Shown: positions 11,295 to 23,682 of the stretch, piece after piece
How positions within the stretch are numbered: the stretch's first letter is position 1
Layout of the letters: the number at the start of each line of letters is the position of its first letter
NCBI GenBank assembly: GCA_030141605.1
Contig: JAQGDQ010001631.1
Coordinates: 1 to 31,666 of the forward strand
DNA length: 31,666 nucleotides
Direction: 5' to 3'
Source of the DNA: Tubiluchus corallicola
Lineage: Eukaryota > Animalia > Priapulida
Position numbers and translations under genes: made by a program
Notes under the pieces: generated by a model
Databases searched by the model: none
What the model was told of the DNA's origin: nothing
Seen by the model: only the letters and a program-made list of their open reading frames with translations

Positions 11295-13123
11295 CACGTC
11301 ACTACGGGCTCTAAAACACTAGACCATCCTACATTAAATCCAAAACGTTGCCTGGGTTCTCCCTAAATGGATCCACCTTGCCACGTCACTACGGGTTCTA
11401 AAATACTAGACCATCCTACATTAAATGCAAAACGTTGCCTGGGTTCTCACTAAATGGATCCACCTTGGCACGTCACTACGGGTTCTAAAACACTAGACCA
11501 TCCTACATTAAATGCAAAACGTTGCCTGGGTTCTCACTAAATGAATCCACCTTGGCACGTCACTACGGGTTCTAAAACACTAGACCATCCTACATTAAAT
11601 CCAAAACGTTGCCTGGGTTCTCACTAAATGGATCCACCTTGGCACGTCACTACGAGTTCTAAAACACTGGACCATCCTACATTGAATCCAAAACGTTACC
11701 TGGGTTCTCACTAAATGAATCCACCTTGGCACGTCACTACGGGTTCTAAAACACTAGACCATCCTACATTAAATCCAAAACGTTACCCGGGTTCTCACTA
11801 AATGAATCCACCTTGGCACGTCACTACGGGTTCTAAAACACTAGACCATCCTACATTGAATCCAAAACGTTGCCTGGGTTCTCACTAAATGAATCCACCT
11901 TGGCACGTCACTACGGGTTCTAAAACACAGGACCATCCTACATTAAATCCAAAACGTTACCCGGGTTCTCACTAAATGAATCCACCTTGGCACGTCACTA
12001 CGGGTTCTAAAACACTAGACCATCCTACATTGAATCCAAAACGTTGCCTGGGTTCTCACTAAATGAATCCACCTTGGCACGTCACTACGGGTTCTAAAAC
12101 ACAGGACCATCCTACATTAAATCCAAAACGTTACCCGGGTTCTCACTAAATGAATCCACCTTGGCACGTCACTACGGGTTCTAAAACACTAGACCATCCT
12201 ACATTGAATCCAAAACGTTGCCTGGGTTCTCACTAAATGAATCCACCTTGGCACGTCACTACGGGTTCTAAAACACAGGACCATCCTACATTAAATCCAA
12301 AACGTTACCCGGGTTCTCACTAAATGAATCCACCTTGGCACGTCACTACGGGTTCTAAAACACTAGACCATCCTACATTGAATCCAAAACGTTGCCTGGG
12401 TTCTCACTAAATGAATCCACCTTGGCACGTCACTACGGGTTCTAAAACACTAGACCATCCTACATTAAATCCAAAACGTTGCCTGGGTTCTCACTAAATG
12501 AATCCACCTTGGCACGTCACTACGGGTTCTAAAACACTAGACCATCCTACATTAAATCCAAAACGTTGCCTGGGTTCTCACTAAATGAATCCACCTTGGC
12601 ACGTCACTACGGGTTCTAAAACACTAGACCATCCTACATTAAATCCAAAACGTTGCCTGGGTTCTCACTAAATGAATCCACCTTGGCACGTCACTACGGG
12701 TTCTAAAACACTAGACCATCCTACATTAAATCCAAAACGTTGCCTGGGTTCTCACTAAATGGATCCACCTTGGCACGTCACTACGGGTTCTAAAACACTA
12801 GACCATCCTACATTGAATCCAAAACGTTGCCTGGGTTCTCACTAAATGGATCCACATTGGCACGTCACTACGGGTTCTAAAACACTAGACCACCCTACAT
12901 TAAATCCAAAACGTTGCCTGGGTTCTCACTAAATGGATCCACATTGGCACGTCACTACGGGTTCTAAAACACTACACCATCCTACATTAAATCCAAAACG
13001 TTGCCTGGGTTCTGACTAAATGAATCAGCCTTGGCACGTCACTACGGGTTCTAAAACACTAGACCATCCTACATTAAATTCAAAACGTTACCCGGGTTCA
13101 CACTAAATGAATCCACCTTGGCA
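11295..13123. repeat. 87-bp minisatellite, about 21 copies
   Basis: Unit CACGTCACTACGGGTTCTAAAACACTAGACCATCCTACATTAAATCCAAAACGTTGCCTGGGTTCTCACTAAATGAATCCACCTTGG; the consensus has stops in all six frames. Confidence 0.97.
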
Positions 13124-13487
13124 CTGCCTGTCTGTGATTCCAAACTAATTACTATGTGACAAGAATACGTGACGAATTAACGCGACCTGATTGCAATGTC
13201 GACCAAGCCCAAGATTTTCATTAACTTCTTTGAGCATTGATTTCTGCTGCAGCTTCAAAGGAGTCTGCTGCTTTAGAGCTAATTCCTATTAAGCTTATCC
13301 GTCAAGAGGCTGAAGGACATTCGGCAACGTTGATTTGAAATTTGAAAGCTGCTCAGCTGTTGATCATAAAAAATTATGACAAGTAATAGTTGTTATATTA
13401 AAGGTAATGCGGGGCTGAAATGGAGAATGTTGTACGTTGTGATATTGATCAGAAATGAAACAACAGTTAACAGAAATAAGCTGTATT

Positions 13488-14040
13488 ACAAGCAACAGCA
13501 AGAACAACAACTGCAAATCATCATCAGCAGCAACAACAACAACAATAACGACAACGACAGCTAATTGGCAAGGAACAACAACAACGACAACAATATCGAC
13601 AACAGCAGCAGCAACAACAATGACAGCTAATTAACAATCAACAGCACCAACAACAGTAATAGCAATGGCAGTAGCAGCAAACAATAACAACAACGACAAC
13701 CGTAACAACAGCAACAACAACAGCTAATTGGCAAGCAACAGCAACAGCTGTAGCAATAATGACGAAAAACAAAAACACCAGCAACAACAACAACAACGAC
13801 AACTGTAAAAGCTGCAGCACAGCAGTAGAAGCAGCAATGGCAGCAATAACAACAGTGACAGTAATGACAGCAGCAACAACAACAGCAGCAGCGAAAACAA
13901 TAACGACGACAACAACAACAGTGTGTTTGACTATATAACTATATTTGATTAATCTAAGATTAGGGCATTTTCTATCATTATATTTTGTAGATATTATTAT
14001 TGTTACTACTACTACTATTATTATTATTAATATTATTATG
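13488..14040. repeat. Degenerate (AAC/AGC)n tract followed by (ATT/ACT)n
   Basis: Directly visible. Confidence 0.85.
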
Positions 14041-14260
14041 AACATTAATTGCTTTACTATCATAATTATTTGACTATATTATAGCTGTTATTAATTAATA
14101 ACCACCCTGTCGCATTTAAGACGGATGATTATGAAAAGTGTTTTGTCGAGAGCTTACGCTGTATACTCACTCGTGTTTATTAATCAGCTGACATCATAAC
14201 TACTAGCGGTGTGTTAACGTAATAGTAATTTTAACTGTATTATAATGACGTTAGAATTAC

Positions 14261-14495
14261 TGATGATGATAATGATGATGATGATGATGACGACGACGAC
14301 GATGATAACAGTAACAACAACAGCATCTGCAGCAACATGATGATGATGACGACGACGATGATGATGATGATGACGACGATGGTGACAATGATAACAGTAA
14401 CAACAACAGCATCTGCAGCAACAGTAACAACAATTACATGAACAATGACGATGACGTCAACACCTAAAACAATGACGATGATATCGTCATCATTG
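14261..14495. repeat. (GAT/GAC)n tract with a duplicated ~35-bp block
   Basis: ATGATAACAGTAACAACAACAGCATCTGCAGCAACA occurs at about 14302 and 14388. Confidence 0.85.
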
Positions 14496-14859
14496 TCATG
14501 TCATCAACAAGGACAGCGTGTCAGCAACAGTGATAAACCTGCAGCAAAAACAAGGGAAACCAAACACCACGACACTAATATCTTAATGAAGCCACTTAAC
14601 TGTGTCCGTGTTTTTCCTGGGTTTTCACGTTGTCTCTATTTTTACTGAAACTTCAATTAACTTGGTCATGTTAGCTGTTCGTGAAGCCAAGTGATGTTAC
14701 GAAAAGTGTGGCGATTACTTCCTGTTCATACCGGAAATTCCTGTTGCTCTTAATTGATGTTCTCAACACTAGTCTGTTCTGGTAAGGGAGGAGAAACATT
14801 TGGCTTCTGTGACTAATTACTAGCTGCAAGGTTACAGCCTTTTTTCTCCCCCTCCCCTC

Positions 14860-15190
<331 letters not shown>

Positions 15191-15639
15191 ACTTTGCTCT
15201 GTTACTTTACCTGAGCTGTTGAGTCTCATGTAGGACAGTCTGAAGGGCCTGCACTTCCCACTTTGGCTTCTCACGCACGCACGCAAGCACGCACGCATGT
15301 ACGGCTTCCCAGCACCACGCAACGATCAGTCATTCTACCAGGCACAAACTGCGCAGCTAGTGACAATACTCAAGCAAGAGCAGCTGATTCTCTCAGTTTG
15401 ATTACAGACGTTGGATAACTGCACGTGCATCGTGTAATATTCGTGTTTCGTGGTTTTTTTACTGGATAATTGAAGAACTGCATCGCGTCTTATTGCAACA
15501 ATTGGTTAAATTATCAATCAACTGCATATTGGTGTTTTCAATGTGATTTTTCATGCTCCTTGCACCTGACAGAGTTACGTCTATTCAGGTAGGCTGATTA
15601 AAACTGTTTTCGTCTATGACCATGAGGACGAGGGTGACC

Positions 15640-16140
15640 GATGATGATGGTGTTGGTGATGGTGATGATGATGATGGTAGTAATTACGACGATGCTGATG
15701 ATGATGATGATGGTGGTGGTGATGATGATGACGGTGGTTGTGAACAATAACGATGACCATGATCGTGATGATATTAACGCAATGACGAAGGCCATAAGCA
15801 ACAAGGACGACAATAACCGTGACAGTAGCCACAAAGATGATAATGATGATGACGACCACGACGACAATAATGATGATGATGGTGATGATGTACGTAATGA
15901 TGATAACCCTGATGGCATATACAATGTTAATGATGACCACGTCGACGAAAACAATGATGGTGATGATGGTGGTGATGGTAGTAATTACGACGATGCTGAT
16001 GATGATGGCACTGACGACAATGGTGTTGATGACGATGACGATCACGATGATGACTGGCATTATGCTATCAGGATGATAAAAATTACGACGTCGATGACGA
16101 CGACGATGACGGTGATGATGATGGCGATGCTGGTGGTGAT
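15640..16140. repeat. Degenerate (GAT/GGT/GAC)n tract
   Basis: Directly visible; it generates overlapping low-complexity ORFs on both strands. Confidence 0.85.
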
Positions 16141-16475
16141 ACTAATTAAGATTACCTGTCTGTTTCACAGCTGTTTTACGTGACACGGCATGTTCCTAAA
16201 TAAGTTTTTCACTCATAGAATCTTTCTTATTTTTGTTAAACAATATCGTTAAAGCTTTCAATTTAACCAGAGTGTTTTGAAACGCGACAGATGTGTGAAG
16301 CCGTGAAATACGTGTTCGGTGCGTAAACAACTTTAGCAAGCGTGGAAGTTTGCAATACAAACACGAGGCTGTTAAGTCTCCATTGTGAAACTCGCGTGAC
16401 TTGAATGAAGATTTAATCTTTAGTTTTTTACGTAAAGGTTGTCAGTATTTGTTCAACATTTGTACATGGCGTTTT

Positions 16476-17145
16476 CAGTGGCGTAGCAAGCACTTGTGGC
16501 GCCCGGGGGGTGGGGGTGGTATGGTTTGGTGGTGCGAAAAACCTTCTGGCACCCCCAACCTTTTAATATTTTGGCCATTTGTTTCGTGGGTGAAGCCATA
16601 AATTATGCGCATTCTTTGCGTCCCTAAGACCCGCTTCCCTTTTTCGACAAGATGGGATAAAGATAAACGAATTTCTTCTAAGAATCACCCCGAGTTTGAT
16701 TTGTGGTACTGCAGCAGAGTGTCTCTTCTCTATGCATAAGTTGCGCATAACACGACAGTCATTAAACATTCGGCTCCAGCTTTGAAACATGCAAAGATTA
16801 TGAAAGATACAGAACACTACAGATTTTCACAAAAATACATTCTGCATTTAGAGAAACGTCACTGTTTCTCCCAAAATTATTGATCTGCCAAACCACACGA
16901 CACCCTACACAAGCTGTTAAGTAACAACATTAGCATTTTTCTAGGCTGTACGTAGTAATTAAATCAGCTATGATGATGTGTAACTAGAAAATTTTGCTGT
17001 AGTTTGAAAACTTTTGTTAATTATTTTGTTAATGTCAAATCCGTAATCAATAATTAACAGTCATTGAACTCGATGAATTTTGCGCCCTCTCACCCTTGCG
17101 CCGCGGGCGATTTCCCCCTGTCACCCCCACTTTGCCACGCCTCTG
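16476..17145. mobile_element. hAT-like MITE
   Basis: Termini CAGTGGCGTAGC / GCCACGCCTCTG, GC-rich subterminal regions, and 8-bp flanks GGCGTTTT / GGCGTTGG (6/8 TSD match). Confidence 0.7.
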
Positions 17146-17404
17146 GGCGTTGGTAGCATTTTGTTGAACAAAGCAAATGTTTATGATAGTCGAGTCGATG
17201 CTACCGTTGTCGTCGTCATCGTCATCATCATCTCGATGCTGCTACGTTATGAATCATGGCATTTACCACTTGTTGATGCCACGCATTCCAATCTGCCTAC
17301 ACCGTCTGCGATGCATAGAGTCGATTTACTAAATCCTTATGCAGTATATCCGTATTAGTCACTAGCTGACTCCTTTCGGCTTTTTTTGTTTTTTTAAGAG
17401 GTAA

Positions 17405-17670
<266 letters not shown>

Positions 17671-17780
17671 TAGTAAACTTTATTTAAAGTCAGTTTTTTG
17701 GATCAACAATTAACATAAGCTCTAAAGAGGTTTTGGACCGACCTTAAACAACCTACAACTACATAACAGAGACTATTATT

Positions 17781-17925
17781 ACCCCACTTTTACCCTAAAT
17801 ACTACGTGCCAGGCAGGGCAACAGCAGGTACAGTTTTTAAAGTGTTTTTTTCGAACCGGCCACTGTACCGAACTCACAAACTCCCAGACGGAAACCGAAC
17901 GCGTTACCACTAGACCAAACCGTCT
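17781..17925 (-). mobile_element. tRNA-derived SINE fragment with a Meta/MESC-like central domain
   Basis: Minus strand has A box TGGTCTAGTGG and B-box-like GAGTTCGGTAC, then ACTTTAAAAACTGTACCTGCTGTTGCCCTGCCTGGCACGTAGTATTTAGGG, resembling the recalled MetaSINE domain. Confidence 0.65.
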
Positions 17926-18203
17926 GATCAAAATGTTTACGTAATGCTATAGGAAGAGGGGACTTTTGAGGTAATCTTAGTGCATGTCTAATCCGATGCA
18001 GGCTTCTTACTTGTATTTGTTTATTCCAAGGATTCTTCTTGACCACATCATACAGATCATCATTGGATATTCTGTCATGCCATTTAATTCCTAATAATTT
18101 TCTATAGAAACGTTTTTGAAAAGCGTCAATTTCCTTCTGCTGTTTAACTTTGTATTTTAGCACATTACTTTTAACATTGTATAAAAACACAGGTTCAACT
18201 AAA

Positions 18204-19178
18204 TTACATCCATTTCACAATTCAAACAAGAGCTCAAATCTCACTTAAGTTTTTCGTTGCGTAAGAAACATTTTTCATTTGGTAAACCTCCAATATCAGT
18301 GCATCATACGCGCATGAGCATCGGATTTTCTCAGCTAAACTATGACCTTTTCTCTATAGGCTGTAAAGATAATAACGGTCATCCAATATTGCCGAATTCT
18401 AACTGTGGATTTCGATTTGAGTCTGTTGAACACTTTTTGTTGCACTGCCCATTGCATCAACTAGCTAGGGTTGTTGTGTTTGATAAACTAAATGAAATGC
18501 TTCTGCCCGAAAACCTTAATATAGCTGCCTTAGGAACTAATGATTTGTTGAAGTTGTTATTATTCGGAAAAGATGAATTTAACTATGTTGCTAACTGTAA
18601 ATTATTCCAATGCACACATGACTTTATATTACGCACTAAACGCTTCCAGTAGTTTCTATCTGATATGAAATGCATCAGTGTTAAATAATCGTACATTAAT
18701 ATTTTCTAACCGTCATTTTCTACTAATGTCTAATGTATTCTTGTAGTAAAACTTGTCAACTTGTGTAGCTATAGTCTATTCTTACTGTAAATGTTACCAA
18801 TGTCTAATGTAATCTTGTAGTAAAACTTGTCAGCTTGTGTAGCTATAGTCTATTCTTACTGTAAGTGTTATTAATGTCTAATGTAATCTTGTAGTAAAAC
18901 TTGTCAGCTTGTGTAGCTATAGTCTATTCTTACTGTAAATGTTACCAATGTCTAATGTAATCTTGTAGTAAAACTTGTCAGCTTGTGTAGTTATAGTCAA
19001 TTTTTACTGTAAATGTTACTAATATCTAATGTAATCTTGTAGTAAAACTTGTCAGCTTGTGTAGTTATAGTCTATTCTTATTGTAAATGTTCTAGTAAAT
19101 AAAGTATGCTGTGGTGAGGATCCTAAATCATGTTGTTCAAACTGTTTGATCCAATCCTAAATAAATTATATTTAAACT
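18204..19178 (+). mobile_element. 5'-truncated CR1-group LINE (ORF2 C-terminus plus 3' UTR)
   Basis: HTRMSIGFSQLNYDLF...CGFRFESVEHFLLHCPLH zinc-knuckle-like C-terminus with stop at 18652, a 3' UTR with AATAAA, and AACTAAA on both flanks (18197-18203, 19179-19185). Confidence 0.8.
18722..19091. repeat. 74-bp tandem repeat, 5 copies, inside the LINE 3' UTR
   Basis: Unit AATGTCTAATGTAATCTTGTAGTAAAACTTGTCAGCTTGTGTAGCTATAGTCTATTCTTACTGTAAATGTTACC; period 74 (18725 to 18799). Confidence 0.95.
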
Positions 19179-19605
19179 AACTAAAGTTGAAATGATCCGG
19201 ACTTTGACTTCAAGAGAAAGTCTACTGTTTTCAAAAAACCATTGAGTAAACAGACAATTAATGATAACATTTTGCTTTTCTGTATGACAGCTTCAGTGTC
19301 TAACCAGCCATAAAGGTATTTTCAATTTTTCCACGAATCATTACCTCTTGATAATATTACCGGTTCAACATGAAACCAGACAAAAACAAAACATTATCCC
19401 GGATTTCCATTCCGTAAACGATCGACCATAACAGTTGTCATGTAATTGCATTAGCGTTTCCGTTTCCTGTTGGATGCTGTTTTTCCATTAGATTATGACG
19501 AAGTTTGAAGTGCATCTCTGCTTTATGGCGCCAATGTTGACAACGATCTCCTTCCCATAATGGGAATTTACACTGCGACGTAAACAAGTTTAAGCTATTC
19601 GTTTC

Positions 19606-19668
19606 TTATAGTGTGGGATTAGCGACCGAAGTTAAGTAACGGCGAGCTTGATCAGTAAATGGATAGTT
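19606..19668 (+). mobile_element. Third copy of the tRNA/5S hybrid SINE head
   Basis: TAGCGACCGAAGTTAAGTAACGGCGAGCTTGATCAGTAAATGGAT, homologous to 566-652. Confidence 0.6.
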
Positions 19669-19797
19669 AAAGGATTATCTGCTGAGATAGGTTCTGGTCT
19701 TTCAACAAACAGCTGTATGAAGTAGAATATGGTGTTGAAAGTTCACACTGTGTAAAAAAACGAAAAATCTGTTTAATATTGCGGGCATTATAATCAC

Positions 19798-19803
19798 ATT
19801 GTC

Positions 19804-19835
<32 letters not shown>

Positions 19836-19907
19836 GCTGCTGCGGTTGTTGTTGCTGCTGTTGTTTCCGACCTCGTTGTCGTTGTTGGTTTAGTTGCACT
19901 GTACTAG

Positions 19908-19944
<37 letters not shown>

Positions 19945-20040
19945 CGTTGCCATTGTCGTTGTCGTAGTCCTTGTCGATGATGTTTTTCTTGCTGCTGCTG
20001 CGGCTGTTGTTATTTTTGTTGTTCGCGTTGTTGTTGTTAT
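19798..20040. repeat. (GTT)n/(GCT)n microsatellite
   Basis: Directly visible. Confidence 0.92.
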
Positions 20041-20706
20041 TTCATTTTTATCATTTACCTTGTATTCATGACGCAACACAATACAGTACATAAACATATT
20101 GCAAAGCAAAAAATTACATTACTTAAAAAATTAGAATACAAATTATTATACTGGCTCACCAAGGGGATTCAATTCCCGATTTTTTTGAAATTTTGCTGCA
20201 GAAGAAACGTTCTAGTGGCGCTTGGCGTGACTCTTGGAAGGAGATATGCGGCTCTCTAGAAAGAGGAAGAACAGGACTACACGATGATGTGGGCTATATT
20301 TTAGGGCAGGTCCACCAAAAGGAGTATCGACGAGTTAACTAGATGTTCTATTTTTGGCAATTTTCGCTCGGAAAACTGCTGACGCAAAGCCATTGTTCTG
20401 ACGTCATCCATTATAATCTGCGTGTAACTTTAATTCAGTAAAAGCTGCTGCTGGCTTTACGTTAAAAACGAGGACTGTGTAGGATGTTCGCGTATTTATT
20501 GATTATGAGTGTATTTATACCCAAAATTTTTTGCGGGGCCTTTGCTAGTACAAATTATTATACTGGCTCAGCAAGGCAGAATAGACGAAAATTATTGGTT
20601 AATTTGAAAAATACCAAACGTAAAGTGTGTCAGTCAACACATTGTTTTGACGTCACTGTTTAATGTTTTCCTAGCGTTTAAATGTTTCACTCTTTATCTT
20701 TATCTT

Positions 20707-20865
<159 letters not shown>

Positions 20866-21287
20866 TTCTCAGGCACCCCCAAGCACTAGCAACCCCAGTA
20901 GTACCCCCAGGCACTAGCAACTGTTTTAGTTAAAAAGTTGTTAGTAAACTTGGCTTCACACGCGGCACGTAAATGTTGACGCCTGTGAGATCTCATGAAG
21001 CCACTTGCTTGGTTCCTGATTACAACTGCCACAGTTCTTTGACCTTTCAGCAAGCCTTCTGGACATGGTAACAACGGCATAATTATAACTACTGGGCTTC
21101 GGTAAAAACGACTTGGCTTCAGTAAACGACTGAGTGGGAATTAATCTGTCATGTCTGACGCCTTCACTGATGTAATCATTTTGTTAGTTCGTTTGATAGA
21201 AGCCAAAAGATTTCTCAAGGAACACTAACGATTGAAAGTCAAACGGGAAAAGTTAATGGACAAGTGAAATGACAAACAGCTTGCAAC

Positions 21288-21481
21288 AGAGGAATAGAAG
21301 AGGTTTTAGGAAAATCTGGAACAAAGCTTGCTGTTTTCGTAAATCATTAACGAAAGCACAAAAACCCTCTTCATAAGTAAAGTCAGAGGAATAGAGGAGG
21401 TTTTAGGAAAATCCGGAACAAAGCTTGCTGTTTTCGTAAAAATCATTAACGAAAGCACAAAAACCCTCTTCATAAGTAAAG
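21288..21481. repeat. Tandem duplication of about 96 bp that includes the Kolobok-like terminus
   Basis: CAGAGGAATAGA...CTTCATAAGTAAAG occurs twice, and is present in both segmental copies. Confidence 0.9.
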
Positions 21482-22294
21482 CTTAAAAATTTCGTGTTTA
21501 AATTTTGTATTCTATATCACTTACAGTCACGATGTCTTATTGCGTGCAGAGCCTGCATGGGCAGTAACACTGTATAAAGCTTGTAAATTTAAACTCACGC
21601 GATTATCTTTAAGCACAGTCACTTTGACAGTAGTCGTTGTGCAGCAAGTTTAGACAACATCCTTAGTAAATGTGTAAAGTTTGAAAAAAACAGAGCATTC
21701 TTAGCGTAAAGGTATAAATTACTTACTTGCAGGGTGCATAAGATTATGGAAATGTATAAAATAAATAAAATAGCTTATTTTATGGATTTTTGAAATTTTA
21801 TTTTATGGATATCAATAAAATAAGAAATAGACTATATCTGGAACGAGATGTCCAGGGGGAAATCAATTAAAAAGTAAAAACAGGAGTGCTTGAAACGTGT
21901 TTTTAAACACGCATGACTTTTATCGGTTTCGTTTTAATTTTATCGGTTTCATATCACTTCAAATTTAATCAAATGTTACGAGACAATGCCTTGTAATTCA
22001 TCACTTAAGTTCAAAGAATTCATCTACTTTTTACGAATGTAGAATGCCCTCTAGGCTGAAGTTTCCGATCCAATGCCTGTATTCAGTTTTGATTGCCTTA
22101 TTTTGTACAAAAAAATCACAAAAAAACATTTTTTTATTTTATGCATTTCTTATTTTATGGATTTTTCAAATTTTATTTTATGGATTTTTGGTCCTATTTT
22201 ATGGACATCCATAATCTTATGCAGCCTGCAGTTACTTGTCATTAAGATCAATGACTCATTGTTTTGTGAACCAGCGGTGCACACTGGGATGGTG
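21454..22294 (+). mobile_element. Kolobok-like partial copy carrying a nested MITE
   Basis: Begins AGCACAAAAACCC and ends GGTGCACACTGGGATGGTG; homology resumes after the MITE. Confidence 0.7.
21729..22229. mobile_element. 501-bp MITE with 22-bp TIRs
   Basis: TIRs GCAGGGTGCATAAGATTATGGA / TCCATAATCTTATGCAGCCTGC; 8-bp flanks ACTTACTT / AGTTACTT (7/8); internal TTTTATGGA repeats. Confidence 0.85.
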
Positions 22295-22340
22295 ATGCAG
22301 TGACGTTTTACCAAGTGGTAGGAATATTTAAAATTATTAA

Positions 22341-22820
22341 AGCACAAGAAAACCCTCCACTTACATAAAACTTAAAAAATTCGTCTCGAAATTTTATACC
22401 ACTTACATACTACCTTTTCGAATGCATGGCTTGCATTGGCCGTAACGCTGTATGAAGCGTGAAAACTTAAACTCCCGCGATGACCGTAAGACGCAGCCAT
22501 TTTGATCGTAGGTCGTTTGAAACAAGTTTAGATAACATTGTATAAAGTTTGAAAAAATAATCAGAGCATTCCTAGCATACATGTTACTAATTAAATAAAA
22601 TTTTAAATTACTGTATCTTGTCCATAAGATCAAAAATACGTTTTTGGCTAGTGACTGGCGCACCCTGGACGGTGAGTCAGCAACATTTTACCAATTGGTG
22701 AAAACATTTTAATTTTTTGGGTCATAATTTAACATTGCCTTTTCTTCCCCTAATTTACATGGCGTAGTGACGTAATGTACTGGCGCCGTCGGACCAGTAT
22801 TGCGGAAGATTTAAAATGAA
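22341..22820 (+). mobile_element. Kolobok-like copy, 3'-truncated
   Basis: Starts TTAA|AGCACAAGAAAACCC and is colinear with 9810-10349 up to GATTTAAAATGAA. Confidence 0.75.
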
Positions 22821-23114
22821 TAAAAATTATGAATAAAATGAATAAATAATGATTTAAAGTAATATAATATAATATAAGTAATTTAAGTAAAAGAGAAAAA
22901 AAGAGTTTAAAAAATTAAGAAAACTGTGAAGTGATGATGATGAAAATATAATGAAATGGCTGTAGCATGATAAGTCATTTATGTATACAAGGATAGGCTG
23001 TGAGTAGCAACAAACGTGGTTACAATATAGCAAGAAAAATTGAAGACTAAATCCACCTAATATGTATTTAAGAGATACGTTTTCATCTCCTTCTTAAACC
23101 TAAGTTGACATGAT

Positions 23115-23681
23115 GTTGTTGTTGTTGGCATCCTTCTGTCTCGGAAGACAATGGAGTGTGCGCCAAGAGAGTCAGTTATTGATCACATTGATGGAGCTGC
23201 AGCCTCGACTGTGGCTGAGCAATCCGATCCTTGAACCACTGGAATGGCCTCTCCAGGGCGCACGCCTGGGCAAGGTGTATGGAGATCCTGAATTGCCCAA
23301 ACAACAGGAAACCCCCCTCTTCCTCCCTGGTGTAGTCCAAAGGAAAGCGGAGCGATACGTTTGGCACCAGGTTGGCTGCAGGTGCCGCCGGAGTCAGTGA
23401 GCATGCTGCACTGGTCCGCCTCCGGGGCTCCACTCCTGATTTGGAAGGTTTACTCCTCTACACATGGCCGTTGGGTCACTTGACCTCCTCCGCCCTCTAG
23501 CCATTGGCTGCTTGTGCAGCTCCTCCGCCTAGTATCGAGATACAGTGTGGGCATCCCGTAACTAGCACTACAGCACCTGGTATTCCTAGGCGGTCACCCA
23601 TTCAAGCACTAACCAGGCTCTACGTTGCTTAACTTCGGTGATCAGACTAGAACCGGTATTTTCAACGTGATATGGCCGTAG
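23115..23681 (-). mobile_element. Complete 5S rRNA-derived SINE (SINE3) with bipartite RTE-derived body
   Basis: 5S head; body resembling an RTE 5' UTR; RTE ORF-end peptide SRIGLLSHSRGC; 3' end CCATTGTCTTCCGAGACAGAAGGATGCC(AAC)n; TSD TAAGTTGACATGAT at 23101-23114 and 23682-23695. Confidence 0.9.
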
Positions 23682-23682
23682 T
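23567..23682 (-). rRNA. Essentially full-length 5S rRNA sequence serving as SINE head (probably not a ribosomal gene)
   Basis: ACTACGGCCATATCACGTTGAAAATACCGGTTCTAGTCTGATCACCGAAGTTAAGCAACGTAGAGCCTGGTTAGTGCTTGAATGGGTGACCGCCTAGGAATACCAGGTGCTGTAGT. Terminal helix ACTACGGC/GCTGTAGT; no oligo-T terminator follows. Confidence 0.85.

Larger units (their letters stand above)
17930..19570 (-). mobile_element. Old RTE/RTEX-like LINE fragment, interrupted by a younger insertion
   Basis: Degenerate WKN*KYLYGWLDTE (about 19280-19333) and SRLSLEVKVRIISTLV|EPVFLYN spanning the insertion, followed by IDAFQKRFYRKLLGIKWHDRISNDDLY...IRHALRLP. The upstream limit is approximate. Confidence 0.75.

Noticed and set aside
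11295-13123. Coding repeat (87 bp = 29 codons)
   Set aside because: The consensus unit has stops in all six frames.
15205-15270. Possible minus-strand exon (KWEVQALQ...) resembling WEVQAF at about 27360-27390
   Set aside because: Short match, poor splice acceptors and no recognisable protein; likely chance.
15598-16183. Asp-rich or His-rich protein ORFs
   Set aside because: Products of a degenerate (GAT)n tract that is open in many frames; no domain or splice support.
23110-23433. Short ORFs in the SINE body
   Set aside because: GC-rich non-coding body; only the last ~20 RTE codons, in a different frame, are meaningful.
23567-23682. Functional 5S rRNA gene
   Set aside because: Single copy, no T-run terminator, fused to an RTE-like body and enclosed in a TSD.
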